In this document: piece after piece, positions 13,591 to 28,129 of the stretch
Position numbering within the stretch: position 1 is the first letter of the stretch
Layout of the letters: each line of letters starts with the position of its first letter
Origin: the human T2T-CHM13v2.0 reference genome, Homo sapiens
Strand: one strand, 5' to 3'
NCBI RefSeq assembly: GCF_009914755.1
Contig: NC_060947.1
DNA length: 64,000 bases
Notes under the pieces: generated by a model
What the model was told of the DNA's origin: nothing
Database searches by the model: none
The model's input: only the letters and a program-made list of their open reading frames with translations
Program-made: the position numbers and the translations under genes

Positions 13591-15256
13591 TTTCTATTTA
13601 AAAAAGTATATAGCGTATGTTCATGTATCACTAAAAATCATTTCTGGGACAAGCTGAGACATACCATAATTATGTGTCAACACCTGAGGTACGTGTAATT
13701 AATGCTAGAGAAGGTCAGAAGAAGGGAGCTTAACATTGGCAATTTGCTATTTAGGAAGTGTTCCAAAGAAAAAGTGGGATTGTGATGGACTATGGAACTC
13801 AGATTAGTAAGACTTGGACTAAATGAAAGACATCCTAATGATTCAACAGGACTAAAATTAAATATGGAATTGAGCAAAAGAGACTGAGTGTTAACATCCT
13901 AGAAAATTGGGAAAATATTGGCATAATCATTTGCCCATGGGAAAGCATATGACATGTACTTGCATACACATATATTCCATATATGCATGCATCTCTGTGT
14001 ATGTTTACGTACATATACATATCATTTGCACTCAGAAAACACTATTACTAACACTACAATCATATATATGTGGTGTGACTATACAATTGTATGATTGTTT
14101 TCTTTGAAGTTCATTAAAATCACATATATTACTTGCAAATTTCCGATTTATGTACATATGCATACCTCTTAAAATGGGATATATAGTATTCCATCTAATA
14201 AAGATGAAATTTTTGTCAGGCTTGGAATTCAAGAGATCTTCCTTTTATGTATTATATTTTTACTCAAATGGACCACTGCTAGTTAAGTTTCTTTCAAGTT
14301 TTCTCTGATTCGGTAAATGCCATTTGAGGAGTTCATTAACATGCGTTTAAATTCAGGTTCCAGTGCATGATGACGGTCACATCAGGCCATGGTGAAACAG
14401 GAAACACATGAAGAGGCTGGAGTATTTTTTTTTAATTATTTCATTTTTTAATTCTGTGATCAGGTCCTTCCAAGTTTTGGTGCTGATAGGGTCTTTTTCT
14501 TTTATATTACAATGGTGAGAAGCCCTAATTAGCAAAGTAAGAAAATGGCAACTCAAGGTTGATCTCTGGTTTGTTTCTAACTTGTTTTAAATTTAGTTGA
14601 ATCATGAAGTCTAAAAGTCCAGAGAGCACGAAACTAAGCTACATTAATTTGAACATCTGACATAAGTTAGACTAGTATTTTTCAAGTTGTATTCTATAGA
14701 GCTCCCCAATTAAATTCAGCAAAATGATACTGGTATTGTAAGTAAAAAAGAAAGTAACAACCTATTACATTTCTTTCTTTGTCAAAAATATGTAATCTAC
14801 GAATCATTGGGGTGAGCATCAATATTATATACATGGGATGAAAATGAATTTAATTTCATTAGGATCAGGCTTTAAAGATCTAAACTAAGGCTGTTTGAAT
14901 TTTTCTTTTTAATTTGATAAACTACAAGTTCACAGGAAGTTTCAAAAAATTGTATAGGGAGGTTGAAGGTCCTGTGCACCCTTCACGGAGGCTCACTCAA
15001 TATTTACATCTTGCAAAACTGCGGTATAATATCAAAAGAATTGACATTGGTATAATCCATAAACCTTCTTCTGATTTCACCATTTATGTACGTATACATT
15101 TGTGTGTGTATGTGTGTGTGTATATATAGTTATACTCAATTTTACCACATAGATCACTTCACGTAAGCACAACACAAGTGGTAGATGTACCATCACCTCA
15201 AGACACCCCATGTTATCCTTTTATAGGCCACCTGCCACCTTCCCCCAATCCATATC

Positions 15257-15562
15257 ACATTATGCTGAGTGAAATAAACCAGTCACAAGGGGCTGCATAC
15301 AGCATGATTCCATTGACATGAAGACCAGGTCACCCAAATCCTTAGAGACAGAAAGTGGTTTCGTGGTTGCCAACAGCTGGGTGAGGGAGGAGTGTGGACT
15401 AACTGATAAATGGATACAGTGGTGCCTTTGGGGTGATGAAAATATTTTGGACCAAAATAGAGATGATGGTTGCACACCATCGTGAATGTACGAAATGCTA
15501 TTGAATTGTACACTTTAAAATGGTTACTTTTATGTTATGTGAATTTTACCTCAATTTAAAAA
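15257..15562 (+). mobile_element. L1MB-like 3' end fragment
   Basis: acattatgctgagtgaaata...gagacagaaagt...gaattgtacactttaaaatgg...ttttacctcaatttaaaaa. Confidence 0.85.
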
Positions 15563-15942
15563 ATGCAACCTCATGGCCCTCTGACTGTCCATGAGAGAGG
15601 CCAGACTTGCAGGGCAGGGTCTGCAGTTTCCTGAGAACCCACAAGCAGACACGTCCTTATGAGATGCATGCCCTGGAAATTTCTTTCACAACGTGTTTAT
15701 GACTCCTGGACATTTTGGGCTGAACAGTCACAAGAGAAGCTAGTCATGCTCAATCATATTTTGCTTCCATGGCATTTTCCCACCCTCAGCCTCCTACTCC
15801 TTTTCATAGACACACACACAAACACATTCTGCTATATCTATGGATCCAGCCTCTGAGCCCTCAAGGTGGAGGAGTTCACAAGCGGGCAACCACTCATCTA
15901 TTTGCCATAATAATGTTACTTCAGAAATGTTACACAAATAGA

Positions 15943-16242
15943 GACCAGATGCAGTGGCTCACACCTGTAATCTCAGCATTTCGAGAAGTCAAGGCGGGAG
16001 GATCGCTGGAGACCAGGGATCCTGGTCTGTCACCATAGTGAGACCCTGTCTACACAAAACAATTTTTAAAAATGGGCCAGGTGTGGTGGTGTGTGCCTGT
16101 AGTCCCAGCTATTCAGAAAGCTGAGGCAGGAGTATTACTTGAGCCCAGGACTTCAAGGCTGCAGTGAGCTACAATCGCACCACTGCACTCTAGCCTGGGC
16201 AAGAGTGAGAACCTGTCTCAAAAACAAACAAGCAAGCAAAAA
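15943..16242 (+). mobile_element. Alu (AluJ-like)
   Basis: Diverged dimer with J-type features (cttgagcccagga, caaggctgcagtgagcta) and a (CAAA/CAAG) tail. Confidence 0.93.
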
Positions 16243-16287
16243 CAAATGGAAACATGCAATATACATTCATTTTAGATTGTTGCTTTT

Positions 16288-17461
16288 CCTTTTTTACATT
16301 TCAACTTTTATTTTACATCCAGGGGGTATATATGCAGGTTTGTTACAAGAGTATATTGTGTGATATTTAAGTCTGGGGTACAACTGAAGTCATCACCCAG
16401 GTAGTGAGCATAGTACCCAATAGGTAGCTTTTCAGCCTTTGCCCCTTCCTCCCTCCCCTCGATTGTAGTCCCCAGAGTCTACTGTTCTCATCTTTATGTT
16501 CATGTGTACTCAGTGTTTAGCTCCCACTTATAAGTGAGAACGTGTGGTGCTTGGTTTTCTGTTTCTGTGTTAATTCGCTTAGGATAATGTCCTCCAGCTC
16601 CATCAATGTTGTTGCAAAGGATATGATTTTTTTCTTTTTTTATTGCTGCATAGGATTTCATGATGTGTATGTACCATATTTTCTTCAGCCAATCAACCAT
16701 TGTGGGCATGTAGGTTGATGCCACATCTTTGCTATTGTGAACAGTGCTGTAATGAACATCCCAGTGCATATGATTTTTGGTAGAATAATCTATTTTCCTT
16801 TGGGTATAAACCCAGTAATGAGATTGCTGGGTCAAATGGTAGTCCTTACTTTTAGTTCTTCGAGAAATCTCCAAACTGCTTTTCACAGTAGCCGACCTAA
16901 TTTACACTCCCACAAACAGTAAAGTAAAAAAGGACAAAGAAGGTCACTACATAATGATAAAGGGTGTAATTCAACAAGAAAATTTAACTATCATAAATAT
17001 ATATGCACCCAGCATTGGCACACCAATGTCCTAAATCAAGTACTTTTCAAGACCTACGAAAACACTTAGGAAGCCACACAGTAATAATGGGGGACTTCAA
17101 CAACCTACTGATAGTGTTAGACCGATCACTGAGGCAGAAAACTAACAAAGAAATTCTGGATTAAATTTGACTCTTGACCAACTAGACCTAATAGACATCT
17201 ACATACTACTTTACCCAAAACCACAGAATATACATTCTTCTCATCTGCACACAGAATGTACTGCAAGATAAACCACATGCTCAGCCATAAAGCGAATCTC
17301 AATAAATTTCGAAAATTGAAATAAAAGCAAACAAATTCTTGGACCACAGTGGAATAAAAATAGAAATCAATACCAAGAGGACCTCTCAAAACCACACAAT
17401 TACATGGAAACCAAACAACTTGCTCCTGAATGACTTTTGGGTGAACAACAAAATTAAGCAG
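16288..17461 (-). mobile_element. L1PA15/16-like insertion with 5' inversion
   Basis: 16288-16920 is the minus-strand 3' UTR and ORF2 C-terminus. 16921-17461 is a plus-strand endonuclease-domain segment (DHSGIKIEIN, NNLLLNDFWVNNKIK). Degenerate TSD agattgttgctttt (16274-16287) / agattgttattttt (17462-17475). Confidence 0.85.
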
Positions 17462-18131
17462 AGATTGTTATTTTTTTTCACTCAGTATAAATTACACCAG
17501 GTTTATCCAATAGTTAATTCCTTTTTATTGCTGGGTAATATTCCATGGTATGCATGTACCACAGGGGTTTTTTTTTTTTAAGCAATTACATATCAAGGGA
17601 CTTTTTTGTGTGTTTTGGTACTATAAGGCTGCTATGAATATTTGTGGATACGTTTCTGTATGAAAACAAGTTTTCATTTTTTTAAGAATGATTAAGAGGG
17701 CAATTGCTGTGTCATATGCTAAGTCCATTTTTAGTTTGAAAATGAACTGCCAAACTATTTTCCAGTGTGGCTATACCATTTAACAGTCCCACCAGCAATA
17801 TATGATTTACCCAGTTTCTCCGCTTCCTTGCCAGCATCTGGTGTCTATTTTCTTATTTTAGCCATTTTGACTACTAGGTAATAATATCTCACTTTGGTTT
17901 TAATTTCCATTTTACTAATGGTTGTTGATGTTGAACATTTTTTAATGCATTTATATATGCCATCTGTATATCTTCATTGGTGAAACATCTGTGCCTGTCT
18001 TTTGTCCATTTTCTTATTGGATTTTTAAAATGTTGAGTTTTGAGAGCTCTTTATGTAGTTTTGATACTAGTTCTTGATATCTAGATATATGGTTTGCCAA
18101 TATTTTCTCCCAGTCTGTAGCTCGTATTTCA

Positions 18132-18400
18132 TTTTTTTCTTTTTTTGAGAGTGCAGTGGTATGATCTCGACTCACTGCAACCTCTGCCTCCTGGGCTCAA
18201 GCGATTCTCATGCCTCAGCTTCCCAAGTAGGTGGTACTACAGGTGTGCGCCACTACGCCCAGCTAATTTTTGTATTTTTACTAGAGACAGAGTTTCATCA
18301 TGTTGGCCAGGCTGGTCTCGAACTCCTGAGCGTAAGCGACCAGCTTGCCTCAGCTTCCCAAAGTGATGGTATTAACAGGCACGAGCCACCACGCCCGGTT
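18132..18400 (-). mobile_element. Alu (AluS/Jb-like) with ~29-bp deletion near the 3' end
   Basis: ttttgaga is joined directly to gtgcagtgg; the element ends acgcccggtt. Confidence 0.95.
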
Positions 18401-18689
18401 ATATTTCTTCTTAACAGAATATTTTGCATAGCAAAAGTTTTTTATTTTAATGAGGTTCACTTTATCAAAATTTCCTTTTATGGATGGCGACTTTGGTGTC
18501 AAGTCTAAGAACACTTTAACGTTAGATCCCAAATATGTTCTATTTTTGAGTAAGTTTTACAGTTTAAGTTCTTCTGATGTTTAGATCAAGGTGTTTTTTG
18601 TTTGTTTTTTGCCTATGGGTGTTGGATTACTACAACACCATTTATTAAAAAGGCTAACCCTCCTTACTGGATTCCTGCTTCGTCCAAAA

Positions 18690-18853
18690 CAAAGGGACAC
18701 AAGGAAACTTTTCCAGGGAATTGATGTTTGTTATTTGATTGTGGTGATGGTTTCACAGGTATATGAATATGTCCAAACTCATCAAATTGTATACATTAAA
18801 TATGTGCAGATTTTTGTATATCAATTATACTTTAAGCTGTAAAAATAAATAAA
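18690..18853 (+). mobile_element. L1M/HAL1-type 3' terminal fragment nested in L1MC
   Basis: aaagggacacaaggaaactt...ttgattgtggtgatggtttcac...aaactcatcaaattgtatacattaaatatgtgcag...A-rich end. Confidence 0.7.
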
Positions 18854-19316
18854 TTGGGCATATTTGTGGATCTATTTCTGGGCTCTCTATTCTGTTTCAC
18901 TGATATATGAGTCTGTACACCACCAGTATCAGACTGTCTAGAATACTGCTGCTATATAATTAACTTTAACAACAGTAAGAGTGATTTCTCTAATTAATTT
19001 TTCCTTATTCAATAGTTTTGGCTAGTATAGGTCCTGTGCCATTCTATACATCCTATATAATTTTTATAATAAGCCTGTGTAAGTTCAAAAACATTGCTAA
19101 AATTTTCGTAAGAATTGTCTTAAAAATAGATCAACTTAGAGAGAATTCACATCTTTACTATGGTGAGTTTTCCAATCCATGAACATAATGTATCTCCATA
19201 TATTTAGGTCTTCTTTATTTATTTTACTAGCACTTGGTAACTTTTATCATACAGATTCTGTGCATGTTTTGTTAGTTTTATATGTAAGAGTTTCATTTTC
19301 TTTGCAGAAATCATAA

Positions 19317-19625
<309 letters not shown>

Positions 19626-21373
19626 TGACTTCTACTTTAAAATTCTTGTCAGATAATTTCAACATCTAATTTATCTAAGTGATAGCATTAGTCGATGTCT
19701 TTTCTCATTCTAGTTTTGTTTGTTTGTTTTGGTTCTCAGTATGCAGGCGACTTTTGATGGTACTCTGGACATTTTGTCCATTATATATGCAGAATCTGGA
19801 TCTTATTTCAATCTTTTATTTTAGCAGGTATTTACCATACGTAGTTCAATACACAGGTGCCATTCTACTTTTATGGGCTGTGGTCCCAAAGACAGTTTTA
19901 TTTTCAGAGTATTTCTCGTGTTATTGAGGCCTGCTTGGTTTATCTAGTGATGCTGGTACTCTCAAAAATCCTTGATGGTACATTCTGAGTGGGCAGAAGG
20001 AGTTCCCCAGACTAGGGTGCTGGTGCTGCTAGGTAGAGTAGGGGTTTCTTAGATCTATAGAGATAAAAGTGTTTCCTAGATAGGATTATTGTGTTAGAAT
20101 CCCTATACTGGTACCCTCCAGCTGCTCCAATGTCTCTGGGTAAAAGTGGAGGGATTCTCATGGCCATAGCGTCCAACGGGCTTCCCAGGCTAGTCACTCT
20201 TTGTGGTGGATAGCCTTACCAGTGCTCTGTGTTTGCCCAGGTATCTCTGGGTGGGGAAGAGAAGTCCTAGGTCCATATGACCAAAGATGCTTTCTGAACC
20301 AGGTCACTTATTATGATTGTGTCTCTTGTAATTTCTGCCTTTCCACCTCGATGTCTTCCTGTCGGAAAAGAGAGCCTCAGTTCTGCAGGTATGAAGAGGC
20401 TTCAGTAGTTAGGACACTTGTGGCAAGATCTCTGTGCCTATTGGGAACAGACAGTGCTTTCTGGATGGGATTTTGTTCTTGAGGGATCCCTCTTCTAGTA
20501 CCCTGTGGCTGCCCCAGTATCTCTGTACAATAGAGGGCAGCCTCAGACCCACAGGAACAAAGAGGCTTCCTGCACTAGGCCACTTAGAGTGGTAAAATCC
20601 CTTGTGGCAGTTGCACCCAGCCACCTAAGTATTTCCTGTTGTGAGTGAGAGTGAGTGAGAGTGTCTTAGGCCTGTAGGGACAAAGAGGCTTCCGAGGTTG
20701 GGCCACTTGCTGTGACAAAATTCCTCTAAACAATACTGCCACTTGTCTATTTTTCAGCAGAGCATGGTAGTCCTAAATCCCTGGGAAAGGAGAGGCACTT
20801 ACCCTAGCTGCTTAATGTTAGATGGGCTCCCATTCAATAGCCCTTGCCAGTTATACCAGGCTCATCTGGTATTGTCTGAGAGACTCCTATTCAATTCAGA
20901 GAGGAAACTAGCTGGGCTGCCTTCTGCTACTAGGCTTGAAAGTTGGAAAATGACAGGTGGGGGTCCCCATCTTCTGTTGGATAGGGGCACATATGAGAAT
21001 GTGCTGCAGTTTATTTTCCTCTAGCGCGAGGCTCTCAAAGCAGTTTGCTTTTCTCTGACTATCCTTTACAATTTTCTTTTGATGGCCTCTTGTTTTGTTT
21101 CTAGGTTTTATTGTTCTTCTTCACTATGAGGAGCAGGGAAAAATCAGTTTATGCCATCTTGTCCGAAATGGAATTCTCAGTCTTGTTTTAATATGTTTTA
21201 ACACGTGATTCAGATAACTTGGTTTTTAAAATGTGCACAACTTTTAAAAAGAAATGTTCCAAAAGCTAAATATACATTTAATTGTACCATGCTGCGTGTA
21301 GAGTAGCTGGTAACTACTGAAATCATAAGTACATGTCAGCCTTTGAAATTAATAACAAATAAAACATCAACTT

Positions 21374-21713
<340 letters not shown>

Positions 21714-21853
21714 TCATTGTATATTTAGTATTTATTTAAGCAACCTAACTAAAAATAGTGCCGACAATAAAAATATCTCAATTTACAGAAATATATAAAA
21801 CTTTAATATGTAGATTGTATTTTATTATTTAATTTTATGAAAACATCTGTCGA

Positions 21854-22224
<371 letters not shown>

Positions 22225-23424
22225 TTATATATATATATAAAATACACATATAACATATGATAAAGTATTCATTAATCATTTATGTCTCTAGTTTGAACAA
22301 CACAGGGAGTTCAACATGCACCTAGCACACTGCGTAAGCCTTTCTATAGATGTTTTAGCCAAGATCAAGACTGTCTATTAATAAGACATCTAAAACATTT
22401 AATCAAGCACATTTGGTTTGAATATAAAAAGATGATAGAGCAATCAGGTTTTTCTCAACAATTAGTGTTTTTTAACAAAAGGACATAACAGTGCATAGCC
22501 AAAAATTTATTAATTTTTGGAACTTTTAGTTTCCAAATTCTTCTTCATTAAACACAAGATAAAAATACTTAACTTTTTAAGACAGGTGAATAGAAGGAAA
22601 TTTTTGCTGAGCCTCTTCTACTTTTTATGTTAAATATTTTATTCTATGCTTTTTATCATGGCTTACACAAACCTTCATAATGTTGCTGCAATATATTTAC
22701 TGACTATCAATGCTCTCTTCAAATTTGGTATAGGTATATTTTTCAGCCTTTCCCCCTTCTTGTCTCCAGTTACAGGCCCTTTTATGGGCCTATAACGTTG
22801 GTTTTCTATCTCAATTCAAAATTCAAAAGAAAAGACTTTAAAAATCATCTTTTTTTTTTGCCCTAATGCTTAATTTAGAGCGTAGCACATAGATATTCCC
22901 AATATGTTCTCATTAAAGGTATTGATCTTTGATTTTTAAAAGTAAGTAACAACAAAACTGTGAGAGAGGAGCAGCTTTTTCCTTTGAGAACTGTGGTTTA
23001 AATGCAGTGAGGGGTATTAATGACTACATAAATGACTTCCTATTTCAGTGAAGTGTTTAATAAGGTCTTTAAAACAGTACTTCATAGCATCCTGCTCTTC
23101 AAAGCAACATCTGTGGCTCTTTTTGGTTCCAATAAGTGATAAATAACAACAGGATTTTGGTTCACGTAAGGACCTAAAACAGGAGAGTTGGTTAAGCTAT
23201 TCATACATGTTGCTTTGTAATTGGGCTGATGTAATTTTATTTTATTGTGTTCAAAATTTACACTGGTATTTTGTCAATTACCTTTTTTCTCAACTTACAA
23301 AGTACATTTTTAAAAAAGAAAACCATATACAAAGCATAGGTTGTGTAATATAATGAACCAGTCATTATTCTTCTTATCTCTCTATTTAAATCATAGATTT
23401 CAAAAAGTTTAATACGAATTCATT

Positions 23425-23445
23425 TGTGTGTGTGTGTGTGTGTGT
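23425..23445 (+). repeat. (TG)10 microsatellite
   Basis: Read directly. Confidence 0.9.
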
Positions 23446-24849
23446 TATAATGTAGTGGAGAAGCAAACTTGATACATTTAATGCTGTAACATTACATATT
23501 GATGCATTCATAATTCAAAGTAACATGATAGAAAGAAACATACATGTGAAGGCATTAAAAACATTTTTGTTTGTAAGGATTTTGAAACTTGGAGGATCAA
23601 ATAATATAACTCAGAATTCTTTCTGTCAAAATAATGTGGAACAAGAAACACACTAAACAAGAGATATTTGGGAAGTTCTACTCAGTCCATAATTTTTCTC
23701 CCTTCTCTGGCGACTATCACCCTCCAGTCAAACAATCCATAAGCAGAGTCCTTGATATCATGTTTGTATTGTGTGATATTTGCCTCTAGGACAAGGCTGA
23801 CTGGACCAAGATTGAGGCCTGATTCAACTTGGAACAAACAGATGCACTTCCTAAAATACTTTACCTGAGACTCATAAAATGAGAATTTGTGCAATGAGTC
23901 ATTCTTAGTAGCATACCACTATGGAGATGGCCTATGGCCCCATCATTCCCATGGCCTGTAGGTTAAATTTTTCTTGGGTTCTACCAGTAGATAATCCAGA
24001 GTATGCACAAATACACCTTGAATTTTGAATTGTATTTTGTTTGGGTTTCTGTTTCTTGCAAGAAAGAAAGACATTATTGATATTTACAAGATGACTTAAA
24101 AATCAGGTATATTCTAAAAGAAAAGATGAGACTACTTGAGATACCAAAATAAACAGGGAACAAAAATATTACCAACATATTATCGTGATGTAGATAGGAT
24201 TTTTTTCAAGAAGCTTGAGAGCATATTAGTATTGCATTTGGTACATAATCTGAATAGGACCATACGATAAAGAACACTGTACAATGTTCCACCAAAGTAT
24301 ACCTTAATAACAACAATAGCTTTTATAAAAATTCTTGTTTTATATATCTAGAATTTTACATAAATGTAAAAAATAATGTAGATGTTATATCTCATTTAAA
24401 TATCAATATAAAAGTTAATTGGCTGATACAAATACATCCAACTTACTCAACTTATTTATTTTCTTTTGAGAAAGGTAAAATTAGAGAAGTCCAGAGACTT
24501 ATACAATGAGTACATATCTCCAGGAAATCATAATTATGAATAATCTGTCCTAATTTATTGTGCATAATCTAATTATAAAAGAAAATGATTCAAATACATG
24601 TGAAAACACTTTACTTCCTTATCTCCAGGCCTGTTCTCCTGCTCTCGTCTTTATAAGAGGCCATGATATATGAATTTTATGTTCATTAATTTAGCTCAAT
24701 TGTTCTGCTTTTCACATACATTCCTATATCCATAAACAATACATAATGTTGTTGTTGTGTATGTATGTGTGTATGTTCTTTACAAATTTACTTGAGTGCT
24801 TGGCATCCTTCATTGAGCTAATGAGCTATCCATAAGAATCCATGTTGAT

Positions 24850-25259
24850 CCACTCCATACCCAGGTAATATCGCTGACAGGCTGTTCAGCCTCTAATTGT
24901 ATTATATAGCTCTTCTTGCATGCAGGTGTGGTTATTTGATTTGTTTCTCCCAGTAGAATATGAGTGGAAGTAATTTGTGTCAATTCAGAGCTTCAGATTT
25001 TAAAAAGCTAATATATCTTCTCTGCTGTTTCTTTCCCATTCTATGGATGTATGCAGATGACTCTGAGGTTGAAGAGATGCGGGGGAGCAACAAAATGGAA
25101 GACGTCTGGATCCTTGCATCGTCACATGCAGGAAAGCAACACGCTGCCATGGAATGCCATGGACTGTGACATGAGCAAACAATAAATATCTGTTGTGTTA
25201 AGGCACTGAAATTGTGGGTTTGGTTTGCTATGCTAGCTAGCATTAAAAGAATGAATATA
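24850..25259 (+). mobile_element. MLT1 (MLT1J-like) MaLR solo LTR
   Basis: agaatatgagtggaagt...aataaatatctgttgtgttaaggcactgaaatt...tttgctatgctagctagc matches the MaLR LTR 3' pattern. Confidence 0.75.
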
Positions 25260-25355
25260 CTATCACGCTTTGCAATCGTTCTACAACTTTCCTTTTTCAC
25301 TCAATATTATATATTTGGGTTACATAATTATTGTGAGATATGGATCTAATTAATA

Positions 25356-25577
25356 CAGGGTTTTTCAAAAGTGGCACTTTTAACGTTTTGGACTGATAAT
25401 TGTTTGTTCGGGGGAGGCCGTCCTTTGCATTGTAGGATGTTTGCCAGAATCTCTGTCTTCTACCTACTAGATGCCAGTACAATGCTACCACTTCCGCAGT
25501 AATTACGATAAAAAAAACTGCAGACATTGTCAAATGTCTTATTCATGGCCAAACTCATGCCTGGTTGAGAACCACTT
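25356..25577 (-). mobile_element. MER20 (hAT-Charlie MITE), full length
   Basis: TIRs cagggtttttcaa / ttgagaaccactt; internal gcattgtaggatgttt and ctagatgccagta; 8-bp TSD-like aattaata / atctaata. Confidence 0.9.
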
Positions 25578-25959
25578 ATCTAATACACTCTTTTTAGCTG
25601 CTTGATAGTATTTCACCACAGGCATCAAGGATATTTATTATATTTTTACACTATTGAACAATGAAAATCCTTGTAACTGATTTTGAGCTGAATTATGATA
25701 CCCATACTAGCTGCTTAAGAAGAAGAAATGCCTTTTCTTCAACATCAATAAAAAGTAAAGCATAAAATTATATAGATCTGAAAAGTAAGGAACGGTTAAA
25801 AAGACAGGAGTAGAATGTAGAGCACTAGGCCAGTGCAAAAATAGAAGCTGAACTCTAAACTGGGACACAATCACACCTTAGTTGTTAATTTAAGTAATGG
25901 ATGCTTCTGAGTTAGGAATATTAGCTCACTCACACCACAATCCATCATCAGGCAATCCT

Positions 25960-26920
25960 TTATGATTCTTACCTTCTCCAAAACAATTCCTACCATTCAA
26001 CTCATCTGCAAAGCCTGTCAGTGCTCCCTGCAAATAATACTTCATGTGAGGCTACTTTCTTTCCTTCATAAGTGCCACTACCCTTGTCAAAGCCACCCCG
26101 CAAAAGTGAAAGAGCCTCCTCGAGGTGAATGGCTTTCCAGCCTTCTGGAAAGCTGGCTGAGCCACTGATGATGATGTGGCCTTTTTATTCTAGGTTTAGT
26201 TTAAGGATTATAAAAAACCAGATATTTATATAAATATTCTCTTGAATGGAAGCACATAGATGATTAGTTCAAATTCTTTCGAAGTGGTGATGTAATATCC
26301 CAGTTGAACAGGGTAAGGTAAAAATAAAGATTTTACTTTCTATAACTAGGCAGATCTCACATTGGGCCTTTAGTGTCATGGGTGCCATTCCACTGGGAAA
26401 TCTGATGGACCGGGGAAGCCATATTTCCGAATAGGTTATCTGTTCCTATTTATGTGGTCATCCAGTTTTTGAAATTTTTTAACTAAATCAATTGCAAACT
26501 TCATCTAACCTTATTGTATAGATAAACACAATTTATTTCGGCCAACCTGTACCCAACATAAAACTCTGTATCTCCTGAGATCTTGCCCTCTCTATATTCT
26601 TCTCACTGCAAACAGCATCAGAGTAATGCCCAAGTGTACATCCCATTGTGACATCCCCTCAAATTGTTCAATGGCCTCCTATTGACCTTAGGATGAAGTT
26701 AAAACACTCTAGATTCACAGGTCTCCCGTCAAACTTTCCTGCCTCATTTCATGGCTCCACAGATGCTGGCCTCTATCATTTCCCTAAGTTCGCTAATTCT
26801 TCGAAGCTTAAGAGCCATTGTACATGTTATTTCTCTGTACTGAATGTCTTCCCCTTCTCTCTCCCTCCAATTTTTATAGTTCAGAGGATCTCAGCGTAAA
26901 TATCACCTTTCCAGAAAGGT
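25960..26920 (+). mobile_element. L2 remnant in two pieces (25960-26098 and 26561-26920)
   Basis: gccactacccttgtcaaagccacc and ttcaatggcctcctattgaccttaggatgaagttaaaacactc are L2-type motifs. Confidence 0.6.
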
Positions 26921-28129
26921 CATTAGAACATTAAGGATTGTAACCAAGAGACAATAGCTGTTGGTTTTATTTTTTATTCTTGTGGCATATGCCAACTAAC
27001 TTGCACAGTGCCTAAAGTCGAAAAGGGCTCAGTTACTATAGATACAAGCAAATATGACCTGAGCTACCAACAAAATTACATCCGAAGACAACAGGAAGAC
27101 GAGACTGTGAGGTTTCCAAGTTTATAGACAAGGTCAGACAAGGAAGTCATTAGGCTCGTCTCTGTCAATTTTGAACAACAAAGTTATTATTTCTATCTTG
27201 CAACAACAAAATATAGTTTTTTTAATTAAAAAAATCTTCATTTAAGAAATTGCTGCAGGAAAATAACTTTGAATTGCAAGTATAAAGAAAATTTTCTGAG
27301 CCCTAGATGCTCTTTTTTTCCTTTGAAAACCATTATTTTCAAAGGAAATTGTTTTAAAACATAATTTTTTAAAATAAGGTGTAAACGCTCATTCACAGAA
27401 GAGCCCTAAGTCATGCTACAATAAAGATGTAAGTAGAATATGGGATTTGAGTCATTTTTTCAATCCAAGGAAAATTTCAGAACAAAATATTTTTGGAGGT
27501 GTCCAATATTTGTTTAGTTTCACACAGAAAGACACTATTTACATTCAATATATTTTAAAAATTGTACACATGTTCTATAAGATTATCAATACCAATTTAC
27601 TCATTTTTCAAAAACTATTTTTTAAGTGTTTGTTTGACAATAAGAAAATTCTTTTAGGTGGTGTTTCAAGGAAGGCCACACATTTTAACATAATTCTAAG
27701 TTGAGGTGAATTCATAATATAAGACATTTTGATATCTGTCAACAAAGACTCTTTACTTGAAGAACAGTCATTCAAGGTCTGTGTCCTTAAATATAACATT
27801 CCAGATAGCTTTTAATTTCAAGTCTTTTATTTCCAAAAGATTTTCTGTGGATTATCTATTATAGTTACTAACAAAATAATAATTCACACCAGGCAATTAT
27901 ATCCTGGTATTTGATAAAACTTGGATGTTTACCATTTCAAGAATGATTTCCTGAAAAAGAAAAAGAAAACAGCTGATATTCAAAGTCAGCCATTTTCTGC
28001 AGAATGAGCAATTATTTAAAAGGAAATAACTTTTAAATGAGCGCATATATTCCAGGCACATATTTTCTGCTGCTTACTGAACAAGTCCACTTCAAACATA
28101 ACATGACATGAATAAAAAACAAAAGAAAA

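Noticed and set aside
13907-14232. ORFs rich in Y/I/C/H, also at 49192-49452
   Set aside because: Artefacts of TA/CA low-complexity sequence.
23640-24075. Possible exon or ORF (23682-23894)
   Set aside because: No recognisable protein. The right end (ttgggtttctgtttcttgcaa) resembles an old ERVL/MaLR LTR terminus, but too weakly to annotate.
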